A DNA stretch of 64,000 nt from a virus: positions 301 through 64,300 of IMG/VR virus record IMGVR_UViG_3300017912_003659. One strand, given 5' to 3'. Positions 56,139 to 63,456 of the stretch are shown in pieces; within the stretch, counting starts at the first letter, position 1, and every line of letters begins with the position of its first letter. Made by a program: the position numbers and the translations under genes. The notes beneath the pieces were generated by a model. That model was not told the DNA's origin. It did no database searches and was given only the letters and a program-made list of their open reading frames with translations.

Positions 56139-56167
56139 ATGGGCCGCAATAAAGCGGCCCATCGTTT
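56139..56167 (+). terminator. strong rho-independent terminator between convergent genes
   Basis: ATGGGCCGC (56139-56147) AATAAA GCGGCCCAT (56154-56162) followed by CGTTTT. Confidence 0.85.
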
Positions 56168-56169
56168 TC

Positions 56170-56406
56170 CTATTTACGGAACAATCCAATGAGGACAAGC
56201 ATTGCTACGAGTCCAGCAAATCCGCTGGATCCGAATGACTCAATGATCGTCGTCAAGTTGCCAATAACATTTACACCGAAGACACCACTGCCAAAGAGGA
56301 CTTCTGACATAGCGCCCACCGCCACAAAGGACATGAGTAAATGAACTATATCATCTATCCAGTCTTTGACGGTTGTTATGACTTCCTTCATAAGGTTATT
56401 CTCCAT
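56170..56406 (-). CDS. small multi-TM membrane protein
   Basis: MENNLMKEVITTVKDWIDDIVHLLMSFVAVGAMSEVLFGSGVFGVNVIGNLTTIIESFGSSGFAGLVAMLVLIGLFRK; the track's N-terminal extension (to 56454) is a terminator-like hairpin. Confidence 0.65.
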   Translation of the reverse strand: MENNLMKEVITTVKDWIDDIVHLLMSFVAVGAMSEVLFGSGVFGVNVIGNLTTIIESFGSSGFAGLVAMLVLIGLFRK

Positions 56407-56414
56407 TTGTTCCA

Positions 56415-56445
56415 AAGAAAAAAAGGACGTCGATGACGTCCTCTT
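56415..56445 (-). terminator. terminator-like hairpin immediately upstream of the minus-strand gene
   Basis: GGACGTC (56425-56431) GAT GACGTCC (56435-56441); minus strand reads hairpin then TTTTTTTCTTT. Confidence 0.5.
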
Positions 56446-56479
56446 TATTAACAATAAATATGAAAAAAAGTGAAAAAAA

Positions 56480-56517
56480 GCCTTTACGCGAATAGGTTTT
56501 TAGTGTTAGATTCTAAC
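56480..56517 (+). promoter_or_regulatory. recurrent promoter-like element, copy 4
   Basis: CCTTTAC (56481-56487) N19 TAGATTCTAAC abutting ATG 56518. Confidence 0.7.
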
Positions 56518-57066
56518 ATGAATAATAGGAATTGCAAAACATGCGGCAAATTTATGCCGAACACAAGAATTTATTTAGGATATAAAGAGTGCACAAGATG
56601 TAGTAGTGTTGAGCCGTATTCAGCACACATCGTCTATCCACATAAGACTGGAGGTTATGTCCAACCAGTTGATAAGGATACTAAAAAGCACTTACAGACA
56701 CTAGACAGGCGTGCTGTTAAAGTTGGCCGCAAGTCAAGTGGTGGTTCCAATTCATGGGACAGATGGCTTAAAGAGTACAAACAAAAAAAGCGGGTGTCGT
56801 ATAAAGGTAATACCTCAGCCTTCCAAGCTGATGCTGTCGGTTCGATTCCGTCCACCCGCTCAACTAGCTCAGTTAAACTGGAAGCTCTCGATATATATAA
56901 AGAAAGAGGCTATCAAAAAGCTGTAAGCGAAGTTGACAACATGTATAGTACAGGTTCTATATCATTAATTCAAAAATCAAGTATAAATTCTTTTCTTGCA
57001 GGAATAGCAGTAATGAACAAGAAAGAGCAGAGGGTAGTATTGAATGCGTTATCACGAAGACAATGA
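56518..57066 (+). CDS. zinc-finger protein ORF that reads through a tRNA gene
   Basis: MNNRNCKTCGKFMPNTRIYLGYKECTRC; ORF continues through tRNA-Gly giving the tell-tale VGSIPSTRS peptide. Confidence 0.5.
   Translation: MNNRNCKTCGKFMPNTRIYLGYKECTRCSSVEPYSAHIVYPHKTGGYVQPVDKDTKKHLQTLDRRAVKVGRKSSGGSNSWDRWLKEYKQKKRVSYKGNTSAFQADAVGSIPSTRSTSSVKLEALDIYKERGYQKAVSEVDNMYSTGSISLIQKSSINSFLAGIAVMNKKEQRVVLNALSRRQ
56790..56860 (+). tRNA. tRNA-Gly(TCC) embedded in an ORF
   Basis: Acceptor GCGGGTG/CACCCGC; D arm GTAT-AAAGGTA-ATAC; anticodon stem-loop TCAGC-CTTCCAA-GCTGA; T loop TTCGATT with GTCGG/CCGTC (one mismatch). Confidence 0.85.
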
Positions 57067-57331
57067 AGTTTATTTAATAGACGGTGAACAATTAAATCAA
57101 TGTATATGGGCATGCGAGCAAGTAATGGATATACTGGGAATGAAGAACGAAGACATGTTAATTAGATTTGGAAGACTAAGAGAAAGACTAATAGCAAAAC
57201 AAAGCTACACACAGCTCTTAGACATGTTAGGAATACCACAAGCTCCACCAGCAGAGGATGTAAGTTTTGCTGAGTTTCTGGATAAGCTTGGACTAAAACC
57301 ATATCAAGGAGATAAAAATGAAGAGGATTAG
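57044..57331 (+). CDS. small hypothetical protein
   Basis: 95 aa ORF. Confidence 0.5.
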   Translation: MRYHEDNEVYLIDGEQLNQCIWACEQVMDILGMKNEDMLIRFGRLRERLIAKQSYTQLLDMLGIPQAPPAEDVSFAEFLDKLGLKPYQGDKNEED

Positions 57332-57674
57332 TGCATCATTAATTCATATCATAGTTGCATTTTTAGCAATGGCATTTGCAACGTACGCAAGAGGCGATAA
57401 TATAAAAGTAGAAATTGTACCTTATAGACTCGTCCCTGCAAATGATCCGTACTGCCAGATAAATGTAGAATTAATAGAACCTGTCACAATGATGAACATG
57501 CCAGACATATACAAAGAAGAGCTGACAGAAATATTAATAGATAGAGCTGTGTTTGAAGAGACAAATCCGTTTGCTATCAATGAAGTATTTCAAATTGACA
57601 CGTCATTCTACAGACTCGTCAGAGTACCAAACACAGGTGACAACTGGTCAGGACCGTGGAGGCACAGCGAATGA
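57318..57674 (+). CDS. predicted exported protein
   Basis: 118 aa with MKRISASLIHIIVAFLAMAFATYARG signal peptide. Confidence 0.55.
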   Translation: MKRISASLIHIIVAFLAMAFATYARGDNIKVEIVPYRLVPANDPYCQINVELIEPVTMMNMPDIYKEELTEILIDRAVFEETNPFAINEVFQIDTSFYRLVRVPNTGDNWSGPWRHSE

Positions 57675-57790
57675 GCAAGAAAGAATGGACAGGTAAGGGG
57701 AGTAAAAGTCGAGTGGCAAATAAGAAAAAGTATGATGACAACTACGATAAAATCTTTAAAAAAAAGGAAAAAAAGCCTTTACATGAATAA
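57671..57790 (+). CDS. small basic protein whose 3' end carries a promoter element (39 aa, not in track)
   Basis: MSKKEWTGKGSKSRVANKKKYDDNYDKIFKKKEKKPLHE. Confidence 0.4.
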   Translation: MSKKEWTGKGSKSRVANKKKYDDNYDKIFKKKEKKPLHE

Positions 57791-57812
57791 CAAAAAAGTG
57801 TTAGATTCGAAT
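57775..57812 (+). promoter_or_regulatory. recurrent promoter-like element, copy 5
   Basis: CCTTTAC (57776-57782) N19 TAGATTCGAAT abutting ATG 57813. Confidence 0.7.
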
Positions 57813-58286
57813 ATGAAATATCAACCGGGATTAATAGATGGACCAAATAAAAAATATGATAAAATCTATCAGCAGCTAGAGGTATTGCTAGAAGATAAAG
57901 ATTATTGGGTTTCTGATACTGGTTATGCTCTTTTCTTAAAGAAAATGATGAACAAGATTATTGATGGAAAGCCTATCACTTCAAAGATCGATGATGCACT
58001 AGTTAAGGCAGTTAAAAGCTATCAGTCATTTTTATACCCATCAGAACGGAGAAAACAAAGAATAAGAATACTGGTAAAGCCGATTGATAAGTGTATTGAT
58101 CTACTCAATGAATTAAATGACAGAGGTCTCTTGGAAAGACGCTTCTACATGAGGAACAAAAAATTCTTAAAGTCAGTGAGGGCATCTGCAAAAGCATATG
58201 AAAATTTAACAAACAAACAGAAGGTTGCAATGAATAAAAAGTATAAGTACTTACTAAAAATAAAAAAGATGTGGAGTGATGCATGA
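57813..58286 (+). CDS. hypothetical protein
   Basis: MKYQPGLIDGPNKKYDKIYQQLEVLLEDKDYWVSDTGYALFLKKMMNK..; track start 57732 over-extended across the promoter-like element. Confidence 0.55.
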   Translation: MKYQPGLIDGPNKKYDKIYQQLEVLLEDKDYWVSDTGYALFLKKMMNKIIDGKPITSKIDDALVKAVKSYQSFLYPSERRKQRIRILVKPIDKCIDLLNELNDRGLLERRFYMRNKKFLKSVRASAKAYENLTNKQKVAMNKKYKYLLKIKKMWSDA

Positions 58287-58513
58287 ATCTATTAGAAAAG
58301 ATAATCGACACATTCGATGGTCAGATAATAGATGAATACGATATAACACACTATAAAATCCCAGGTAAAAAATACGACATACAGCTAAACAGTAGAAGAG
58401 AATGGTCGTGTGATTGTCCAGCTTATAAGTGGCAAAGAAAAGCTAGAAAAAACGGTTGTAAACATATCAAATGGGCAAAGGCAAAACGATTCAAGTGGTT
58501 AGCAGGATCTTAA
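58283..58513 (+). CDS. SWIM zinc-finger-like small protein
   Basis: WSCDCPAYKWQRKARKNGCKHIKWAK (CxC..CxH). Confidence 0.7.
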   Translation: MNLLEKIIDTFDGQIIDEYDITHYKIPGKKYDIQLNSRREWSCDCPAYKWQRKARKNGCKHIKWAKAKRFKWLAGS

Positions 58514-58692
58514 AGTTATTGATTAATAGTTGGTATAGGCACACACCAAAGTGCTTCTGTGGGTACAATATGAAGCCCAAAAAGGGCACCAGTATATATA
58601 GTCCAATGACTTGGTATTGTGTGTGGAAAAAACAATGCGGCTGGGAAACATTTTTGACAACAAATGGAAAGTTACGGTGGTGGAAGAGCTAG
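58471..58692 (+). CDS. small zinc-ribbon-like protein
   Basis: PKCFCGYNMKPKKGTSIYSPMTWYCVWKKQCGWE; start uncertain. Confidence 0.4.
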   Translation: MGKGKTIQVVSRILKLLINSWYRHTPKCFCGYNMKPKKGTSIYSPMTWYCVWKKQCGWETFLTTNGKLRWWKS

Positions 58693-58877
58693 CAGATTTT
58701 TTATTTAAAAAGATAGTTGATTATCAAAGTGACAAGACAGTAAAAAAGAAAAGACCCATGCTCATGTGTGGCATATATTTCAGTAGTAGAATTTTAAATG
58801 AATGGATAGGAGAGTTCAATGCCGAGATGGCGAAGCAAAATAAAGAGAACTTTAGGGACAAAGACAAGAGCAGCTGA
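58635..58877 (+). CDS. small hypothetical protein
   Basis: MRLGNIFDNKWKVTVVEELADFLFKKIVDYQSD.. Confidence 0.4.
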   Translation: MRLGNIFDNKWKVTVVEELADFLFKKIVDYQSDKTVKKKRPMLMCGIYFSSRILNEWIGEFNAEMAKQNKENFRDKDKSS

Positions 58878-59298
58878 TGTCCACGAACAAGATTACAGAT
58901 ACCCACCAAAGCCAGACTCATATTATGAAGTAACAGAAAAAGGACAGTGCAGGTGGTGTGGAAGTATCATCAATGACAATATGGGCAGAAGGAATATGAG
59001 AGCCAGCTGGCACCCACAATGTTCAGAAAAGTATTTGATGATATATGACGGCAAGACGATCAGAGACTACATAAGAAAGCGCGACTACGGTGAGTGTGCA
59101 TACTGTGGTGATTATGATGCAAGATTTGAAGTAGATCACATTAAGCCTCTGTATGAACAGAAATATAAGACGACAGAAGAAGTAGACTGGAGTTATTGGG
59201 ATGAGAGAAACTTACAGACATTATGTAGAAAATGTCATAAAGAAAAGACTAAAGATGATGTTAAAAAATTAAGTAAACTAAAAAGGAAAATCAAATGA
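58819..59298 (+). CDS. HNH endonuclease domain protein
   Basis: RDYGECAYCGDYDARFEVDHIKPLY...WDERNLQTLCRKCHKEKT. Confidence 0.85.
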   Translation: MPRWRSKIKRTLGTKTRAADVHEQDYRYPPKPDSYYEVTEKGQCRWCGSIINDNMGRRNMRASWHPQCSEKYLMIYDGKTIRDYIRKRDYGECAYCGDYDARFEVDHIKPLYEQKYKTTEEVDWSYWDERNLQTLCRKCHKEKTKDDVKKLSKLKRKIK

Positions 59299-59495
59299 GT
59301 AGAAAAGGCACCTATTTTGAAATAGATAGGTTAACAAATAGAGTTAGAAAGCTTGAAAAGAAAGTAAAAGCTTTCGAGGATTTTATGAACAACTGGGGGC
59401 CTGATGTGCAAAAGAAAAGAGATGAGAGGGACGCAAGGTGGGACGAGATGGTAAGAGTACTGACAGTCCAAGAGAGAAAGTTAAAAAAACTTTAA
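59295..59495 (+). CDS. small coiled-coil protein
   Basis: 66 aa, RLTNRVRKLEKKVKAFEDF. Confidence 0.45.
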   Translation: MSRKGTYFEIDRLTNRVRKLEKKVKAFEDFMNNWGPDVQKKRDERDARWDEMVRVLTVQERKLKKL

Positions 59496-59510
59496 AAAAA
59501 GAAAAAAAAA

Positions 59511-59547
59511 GCCTTTACTTTGTCACCGAAAAGTGTTAGATTGATAT
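59511..59547 (+). promoter_or_regulatory. recurrent promoter-like element, copy 6
   Basis: CCTTTAC (59512-59518) N18 TAGATTGATAT. Confidence 0.6.
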
Positions 59548-59554
59548 ATCAATT

Positions 59555-59791
59555 ATGAATGATTTACAAACAACATACAAAAGAATTAGATTTTGGGGAC
59601 CTCAAAAAGGATATAACGGGATAAGCTCCGTAGCTCTATTGAGGTTGGGTGAGACCATTAAAATGTCAGGATCCGTTCCAACTCGCACTACTGTTGAATT
59701 GCGCAATAAAAACAGGAAGCAGACCCCCTCAAAAAACTTTAAAAAAAGTGAAAAAAAGCCTTTACTTTCTCGCGAAAAAGGGTTAAGTTAA
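59555..59791 (+). CDS. small hypothetical protein with 3' end overlapping promoter element copy 7
   Basis: 78 aa ORF; ends KKSEKKPLLSREKGLS encoded by the element. Confidence 0.4.
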   Translation: MNDLQTTYKRIRFWGPQKGYNGISSVALLRLGETIKMSGSVPTRTTVELRNKNRKQTPSKNFKKSEKKPLLSREKGLS

Positions 59792-59793
59792 GG
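59757..59793 (+). promoter_or_regulatory. recurrent promoter-like element, copy 7 (variant -10)
   Basis: AAGCCTTTAC ending 59765, N18, TAAGTTAAGG. Confidence 0.55.
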
Positions 59794-59812
59794 TATTAAT
59801 TAAGAGGTTACA

Positions 59813-61786
59813 ATGAACAGAATACAAAACAACTCAGACTACTGGATCGGAAACTTAACAGGTTCTTCCGATATGTGGTGGAGAGATGAAGAAACAACAA
59901 AAGGTAGAGATCTAGTACAACTAGCTTCATACAGATCTGCTATCTCAAACTACGTCAATATCGTTACTGGTCGTACAGATATACCAGTTACTTACAATTC
60001 AAATGACGAATCTTATACAGACGGTAAAAAAGTTTACTTATCAGGAAATATGGACAGCAAGAATTTTGATCCTAATGTTGGACTTGCTCTTCACGAAGGC
60101 TCACACATCGTACACAGTGATTTCGAATTACTCAAAAATCTTAGCCGTATCGTTGATGAAAGATATGGAGATGAATATGGTCAGGTTGCTGCTAAGATTA
60201 AAAGCCTAATCAACTACATCGAAGACAGAAGAATCGATTTTCAAATCTTCAAATCAGCTCCTGGTTACCAAAATTACTATCACGCAATGTACGATAAATA
60301 CTTCAATTTCAAAGTTATCGACAAAGCTCTTAAATCTAATGAGCACCGTGAAGCTATCTGGGAAAGCTATGAGTTCCGTATTATTAATTTTACAAACAAA
60401 AATACAGATCTTGATGCTTTACCTGGTCTTAGAGAAATTTACAGAACAATCGATCTTAAAAACATCTCAAGACTTAAGTCAACTACAGATGTAATGAAAG
60501 TTGCTTTCGAAGTTTATGACATCATTATGAAAAATATTGTAACCTCAAACGAATCAGAAGAGAAAGAATCAGAATCAAAAGACGGTTCTGATTCTTCTGA
60601 TTCAAAAGGTTCAAATGGTGAAGGTACATCAGTTGATACAGGTGATAAAGAAATGAAAGCTGACGGCAAACCTGCTCCAACAGATGATATGCCAGAACTC
60701 ACACCTAATCAACAAAGATCACTTGAGAATGCTGTTAAAAAACAGAAACAACTTATCAATGGTCAAACTAAAAAAGTTAAGTTGACAAAAGCTGAAAAAT
60801 CTTCTATCTCAGCAGTTGAAAAAACAGGTGCTTATACAAAAGAAGTTGGAACTGGTAAACATCAAAAGACAAACTGTGTTATACTACCAAGACTTACACA
60901 GGCAATGTTTGAAGAAAATATGGACTGGGAATTACGCAGGCTATATCCATTTGTTGATTCTTGGTCAGTAAGCAGATCTGAAGACAATATGACTGAAACA
61001 CAGCAGGCTGTTATCGATGGAATCAGACTTGGTCGTATTCTTGGTAAGAAACTTCAGGTTCGTAACGAAGAACGTACTACAAAATGGTCACGTCAGGATT
61101 CAGGTAGACTTGATAAAAGAATTATTGCAGAGTTAGGTTTCAACAACGACAGAGTATTTAAAACAACTCTTACTGAAAAATACAATGATGCTTTCATTCA
61201 TATCTCAATTGACGGTTCTGGATCTATGGATGGTAAGAAATTTAATAATGCTCTTAAGTCAACAGCTGCTATCTGTCAAGCTGCTTCAATGGCTGGAAAC
61301 ATACACGTTCAAGTTACTTACAGATCAACAATCAATATGAAAAATCATACATCACCATTACTAGTTGTGCTCTATGATTCAAAAGTTAACAAGATGATTC
61401 ACATCAAAAAATACTGGGGAATGCTTCAGACAAGTGGTACAACTCCTGAAGGTTTATGTTTCGAAGCTATCTCACAGCAAATTATCAATACATCTGCTGG
61501 ACGTGATGCTTACTTTCTTAACTACTCAGACGGTATGCCCTGGTTCTCAAACAAAGGAATTGACTACAGTGGATACTCTGCTCTCAACCACACAAAAGAA
61601 CAGGTTTCAAACTTTCGCAAAAACGGTATCAATATACTTTCTTTCTTCATCGAAGACAGCGACTGGGGCAGAGACAGGCTACAAAGAGATTTCAAAAAGA
61701 TGTACGGACAGGATGCGTCAATGATTGATTCAACAAAAGTTGTTGCTCTTGCTAAAGAATTAAATAAAAAATTCTTACAAAAATAA
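59813..61786 (+). CDS. HExxH metallopeptidase-like + von Willebrand factor A domain protein
   Basis: VGLALHEGSHIVHSDF zinc motif; acidic Ser/Asp/Lys linker; FIHISIDGSGSMDGKKFNNALKS MIDAS. Confidence 0.8.
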   Translation: MNRIQNNSDYWIGNLTGSSDMWWRDEETTKGRDLVQLASYRSAISNYVNIVTGRTDIPVTYNSNDESYTDGKKVYLSGNMDSKNFDPNVGLALHEGSHIVHSDFELLKNLSRIVDERYGDEYGQVAAKIKSLINYIEDRRIDFQIFKSAPGYQNYYHAMYDKYFNFKVIDKALKSNEHREAIWESYEFRIINFTNKNTDLDALPGLREIYRTIDLKNISRLKSTTDVMKVAFEVYDIIMKNIVTSNESEEKESESKDGSDSSDSKGSNGEGTSVDTGDKEMKADGKPAPTDDMPELTPNQQRSLENAVKKQKQLINGQTKKVKLTKAEKSSISAVEKTGAYTKEVGTGKHQKTNCVILPRLTQAMFEENMDWELRRLYPFVDSWSVSRSEDNMTETQQAVIDGIRLGRILGKKLQVRNEERTTKWSRQDSGRLDKRIIAELGFNNDRVFKTTLTEKYNDAFIHISIDGSGSMDGKKFNNALKSTAAICQAASMAGNIHVQVTYRSTINMKNHTSPLLVVLYDSKVNKMIHIKKYWGMLQTSGTTPEGLCFEAISQQIINTSAGRDAYFLNYSDGMPWFSNKGIDYSGYSALNHTKEQVSNFRKNGINILSFFIEDSDWGRDRLQRDFKKMYGQDASMIDSTKVVALAKELNKKFLQK

Positions 61787-61826
61787 TACGGGAATATTTA
61801 TACATGAATCACAACACGGATCTAAC

Positions 61827-62108
61827 ATGAACGCAAAAGATAAGCAAGATTTAGAGCTGGTCCACTATAGGTTAGACGAGCTCGATAAGAAGATGGATCA
61901 GATGAGGCATGATATGTCTATGGCACACGGCAAGACTGATGCATCTTTAAGTTTTTTAAAAGAAAATTTATTCAATCCAAATGAAGGGTTATGGGCAGAG
62001 ACAAAACAAAACACTCAATTCAGAGAAAATTCACAGAGGTGGAGGGGTATAGTTGGAACTGGTTTCATAGCACTTATAATCGACAAAGTGTGGAATATGT
62101 TTGGTTAA
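61827..62108 (+). CDS. small coiled-coil protein with C-terminal hydrophobic segment
   Basis: 93 aa, GIVGTGFIALIIDKVWNMFG. Confidence 0.5.
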   Translation: MNAKDKQDLELVHYRLDELDKKMDQMRHDMSMAHGKTDASLSFLKENLFNPNEGLWAETKQNTQFRENSQRWRGIVGTGFIALIIDKVWNMFG

Positions 62109-62129
62109 TTTTAAACAAAAGGTTATTAA

Positions 62130-62681
62130 ATGAAAGATGATAGAATTATGACAGCCAATGGCAGTATTGTAGGCACAGTAAAAGTATCTAGCAACGCACA
62201 AGATCACCCAAATTTTGACAATAAAAAATTACACAGGTATTGGGCAGACTGGGAAGAAGATGTTGTTGCGTTATGTGATCAGATAAAAGATAAAGATTGG
62301 TTATTTGTATATGGGATTCCAAGAGGTGGAGTTACATTAGCGACACAAATATCACACAGACTTGGGATTCCAATGGTTGCTGACGCACCTGGGTATTGGA
62401 TGCTCAACTGGTATCATTGGCGTATGAGGCAAAACATTGAACTAAAGAGTGAGACAAAAAATATTCTAATTGTAGACTCTATATGTGATACTGGCAGTAC
62501 TATTGATCATATTAAAAAACAAGTCAAAGCAATTGCAAACGGTGATGAGATGAATTATACATTTGCAGTCGTAGACGTCGATCCTAGTGTTATACAGAAA
62601 GTTGATAATTATGTCAATGTCAAGGGACCTGAGTGGTTGGTATATCCCTGGGAGTTTGGATCACAAGAATTAAAATTATAG
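62130..62681 (+). CDS. phosphoribosyltransferase-like protein
   Basis: DWLFVYGIPRGGVTLATQISHRLG ... ILIVDSICDTGSTIDHI (PRPP-binding loop). Confidence 0.8.
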   Translation: MKDDRIMTANGSIVGTVKVSSNAQDHPNFDNKKLHRYWADWEEDVVALCDQIKDKDWLFVYGIPRGGVTLATQISHRLGIPMVADAPGYWMLNWYHWRMRQNIELKSETKNILIVDSICDTGSTIDHIKKQVKAIANGDEMNYTFAVVDVDPSVIQKVDNYVNVKGPEWLVYPWEFGSQELKL

Positions 62682-62690
62682 GAGAGTAAC

Positions 62691-62951
62691 ATGGCAATCA
62701 AAATAATGGCTGAACGTCAAGCACCTGGAGATAGATGGTTATTGACAGAAGAAGCACACAATGACCCTGATAACCAAGTAATACAGACAAGCCTCACTGG
62801 ATGTTTAAACGAAATATATAAGAACACAGGTGAGACAGCATTTATTGTAGATGCTAAAAAGGGTGAGGTCAGAGTAGAGACAGAGACAAACAAAGGACCA
62901 CAGGTCTGGGATCTATACGGCGAAAAGAGCAGACAGGTATTGGAGGGATAA
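62691..62951 (+). CDS. small hypothetical protein
   Basis: 86 aa ORF. Confidence 0.45.
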   Translation: MAIKIMAERQAPGDRWLLTEEAHNDPDNQVIQTSLTGCLNEIYKNTGETAFIVDAKKGEVRVETETNKGPQVWDLYGEKSRQVLEG

Positions 62952-62952
62952 T

Positions 62953-63165
62953 ATGGAGCCCATGCAGCAACAGGTCAATATAGACCCAAACGATCTTATA
63001 GATATAGAGTGCTCGAGCTGTGGACATAAGAACTTTAAACAGGTATTTCAAATGAAAAAATTATCTGCTCTTATGTCACCAACTGGTCAAGAGCAAGTAG
63101 TGACAATTCCAGTATTTATATGTGATAAATGCGGAACACCACTCAGTCAGGAGATAGGTGGGTAA
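62953..63165 (+). CDS. small zinc-ribbon protein
   Basis: IECSSCGHKNFKQ...FICDKCGTPLS. Confidence 0.6.
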   Translation: MEPMQQQVNIDPNDLIDIECSSCGHKNFKQVFQMKKLSALMSPTGQEQVVTIPVFICDKCGTPLSQEIGG

Positions 63166-63166
63166 G

Positions 63167-63319
63167 TTGAAAGACATATTGAGATTTTACTTATCACTGA
63201 TAGCGTTCGGTTGTTTAATAACATTTACAGTAATATTGGGTGTGAGTATATGGTTCGTATTCTGGGCAATATTCATTCCAATAGTATTTTTTGTAGATGT
63301 CTGGAGGATAAGAAGATGA
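63167..63319 (+). CDS. small two-TM membrane protein, TTG start (not in track)
   Basis: (M)KDILRFYLSLIAFGCLITFTVILGVSIWFVFWAIFIPIVFFVDVWRIRR. Confidence 0.5.
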   Translation: MKDILRFYLSLIAFGCLITFTVILGVSIWFVFWAIFIPIVFFVDVWRIRR

Positions 63320-63456
63320 GCGTATTAAAATTTATGTTCTGCTTTCCTCGAGCCTCAACACCCACAAAAGAAGAGCTCGAACGAATGGAAGACTATATTA
63401 TAGCTTTCTACGAGTTAAGAAATAATTTAGAATCATTTACACTGGCACGAGGATGA
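63316..63456 (+). CDS. small hypothetical protein (46 aa, not in track)
   Basis: MSVLKFMFCFPRASTPTKEELERMEDYIIAFYELRNNLESFTLARG; ATGA overlap. Confidence 0.4.
   Translation: MSVLKFMFCFPRASTPTKEELERMEDYIIAFYELRNNLESFTLARG

Noticed and set aside
59590-59690. Possible further structured RNA/tRNA within ORF 59555-59791
   Set aside because: Tried to fold GGGGACCTC... as a tRNA; no acceptor/anticodon/T arm combination holds.
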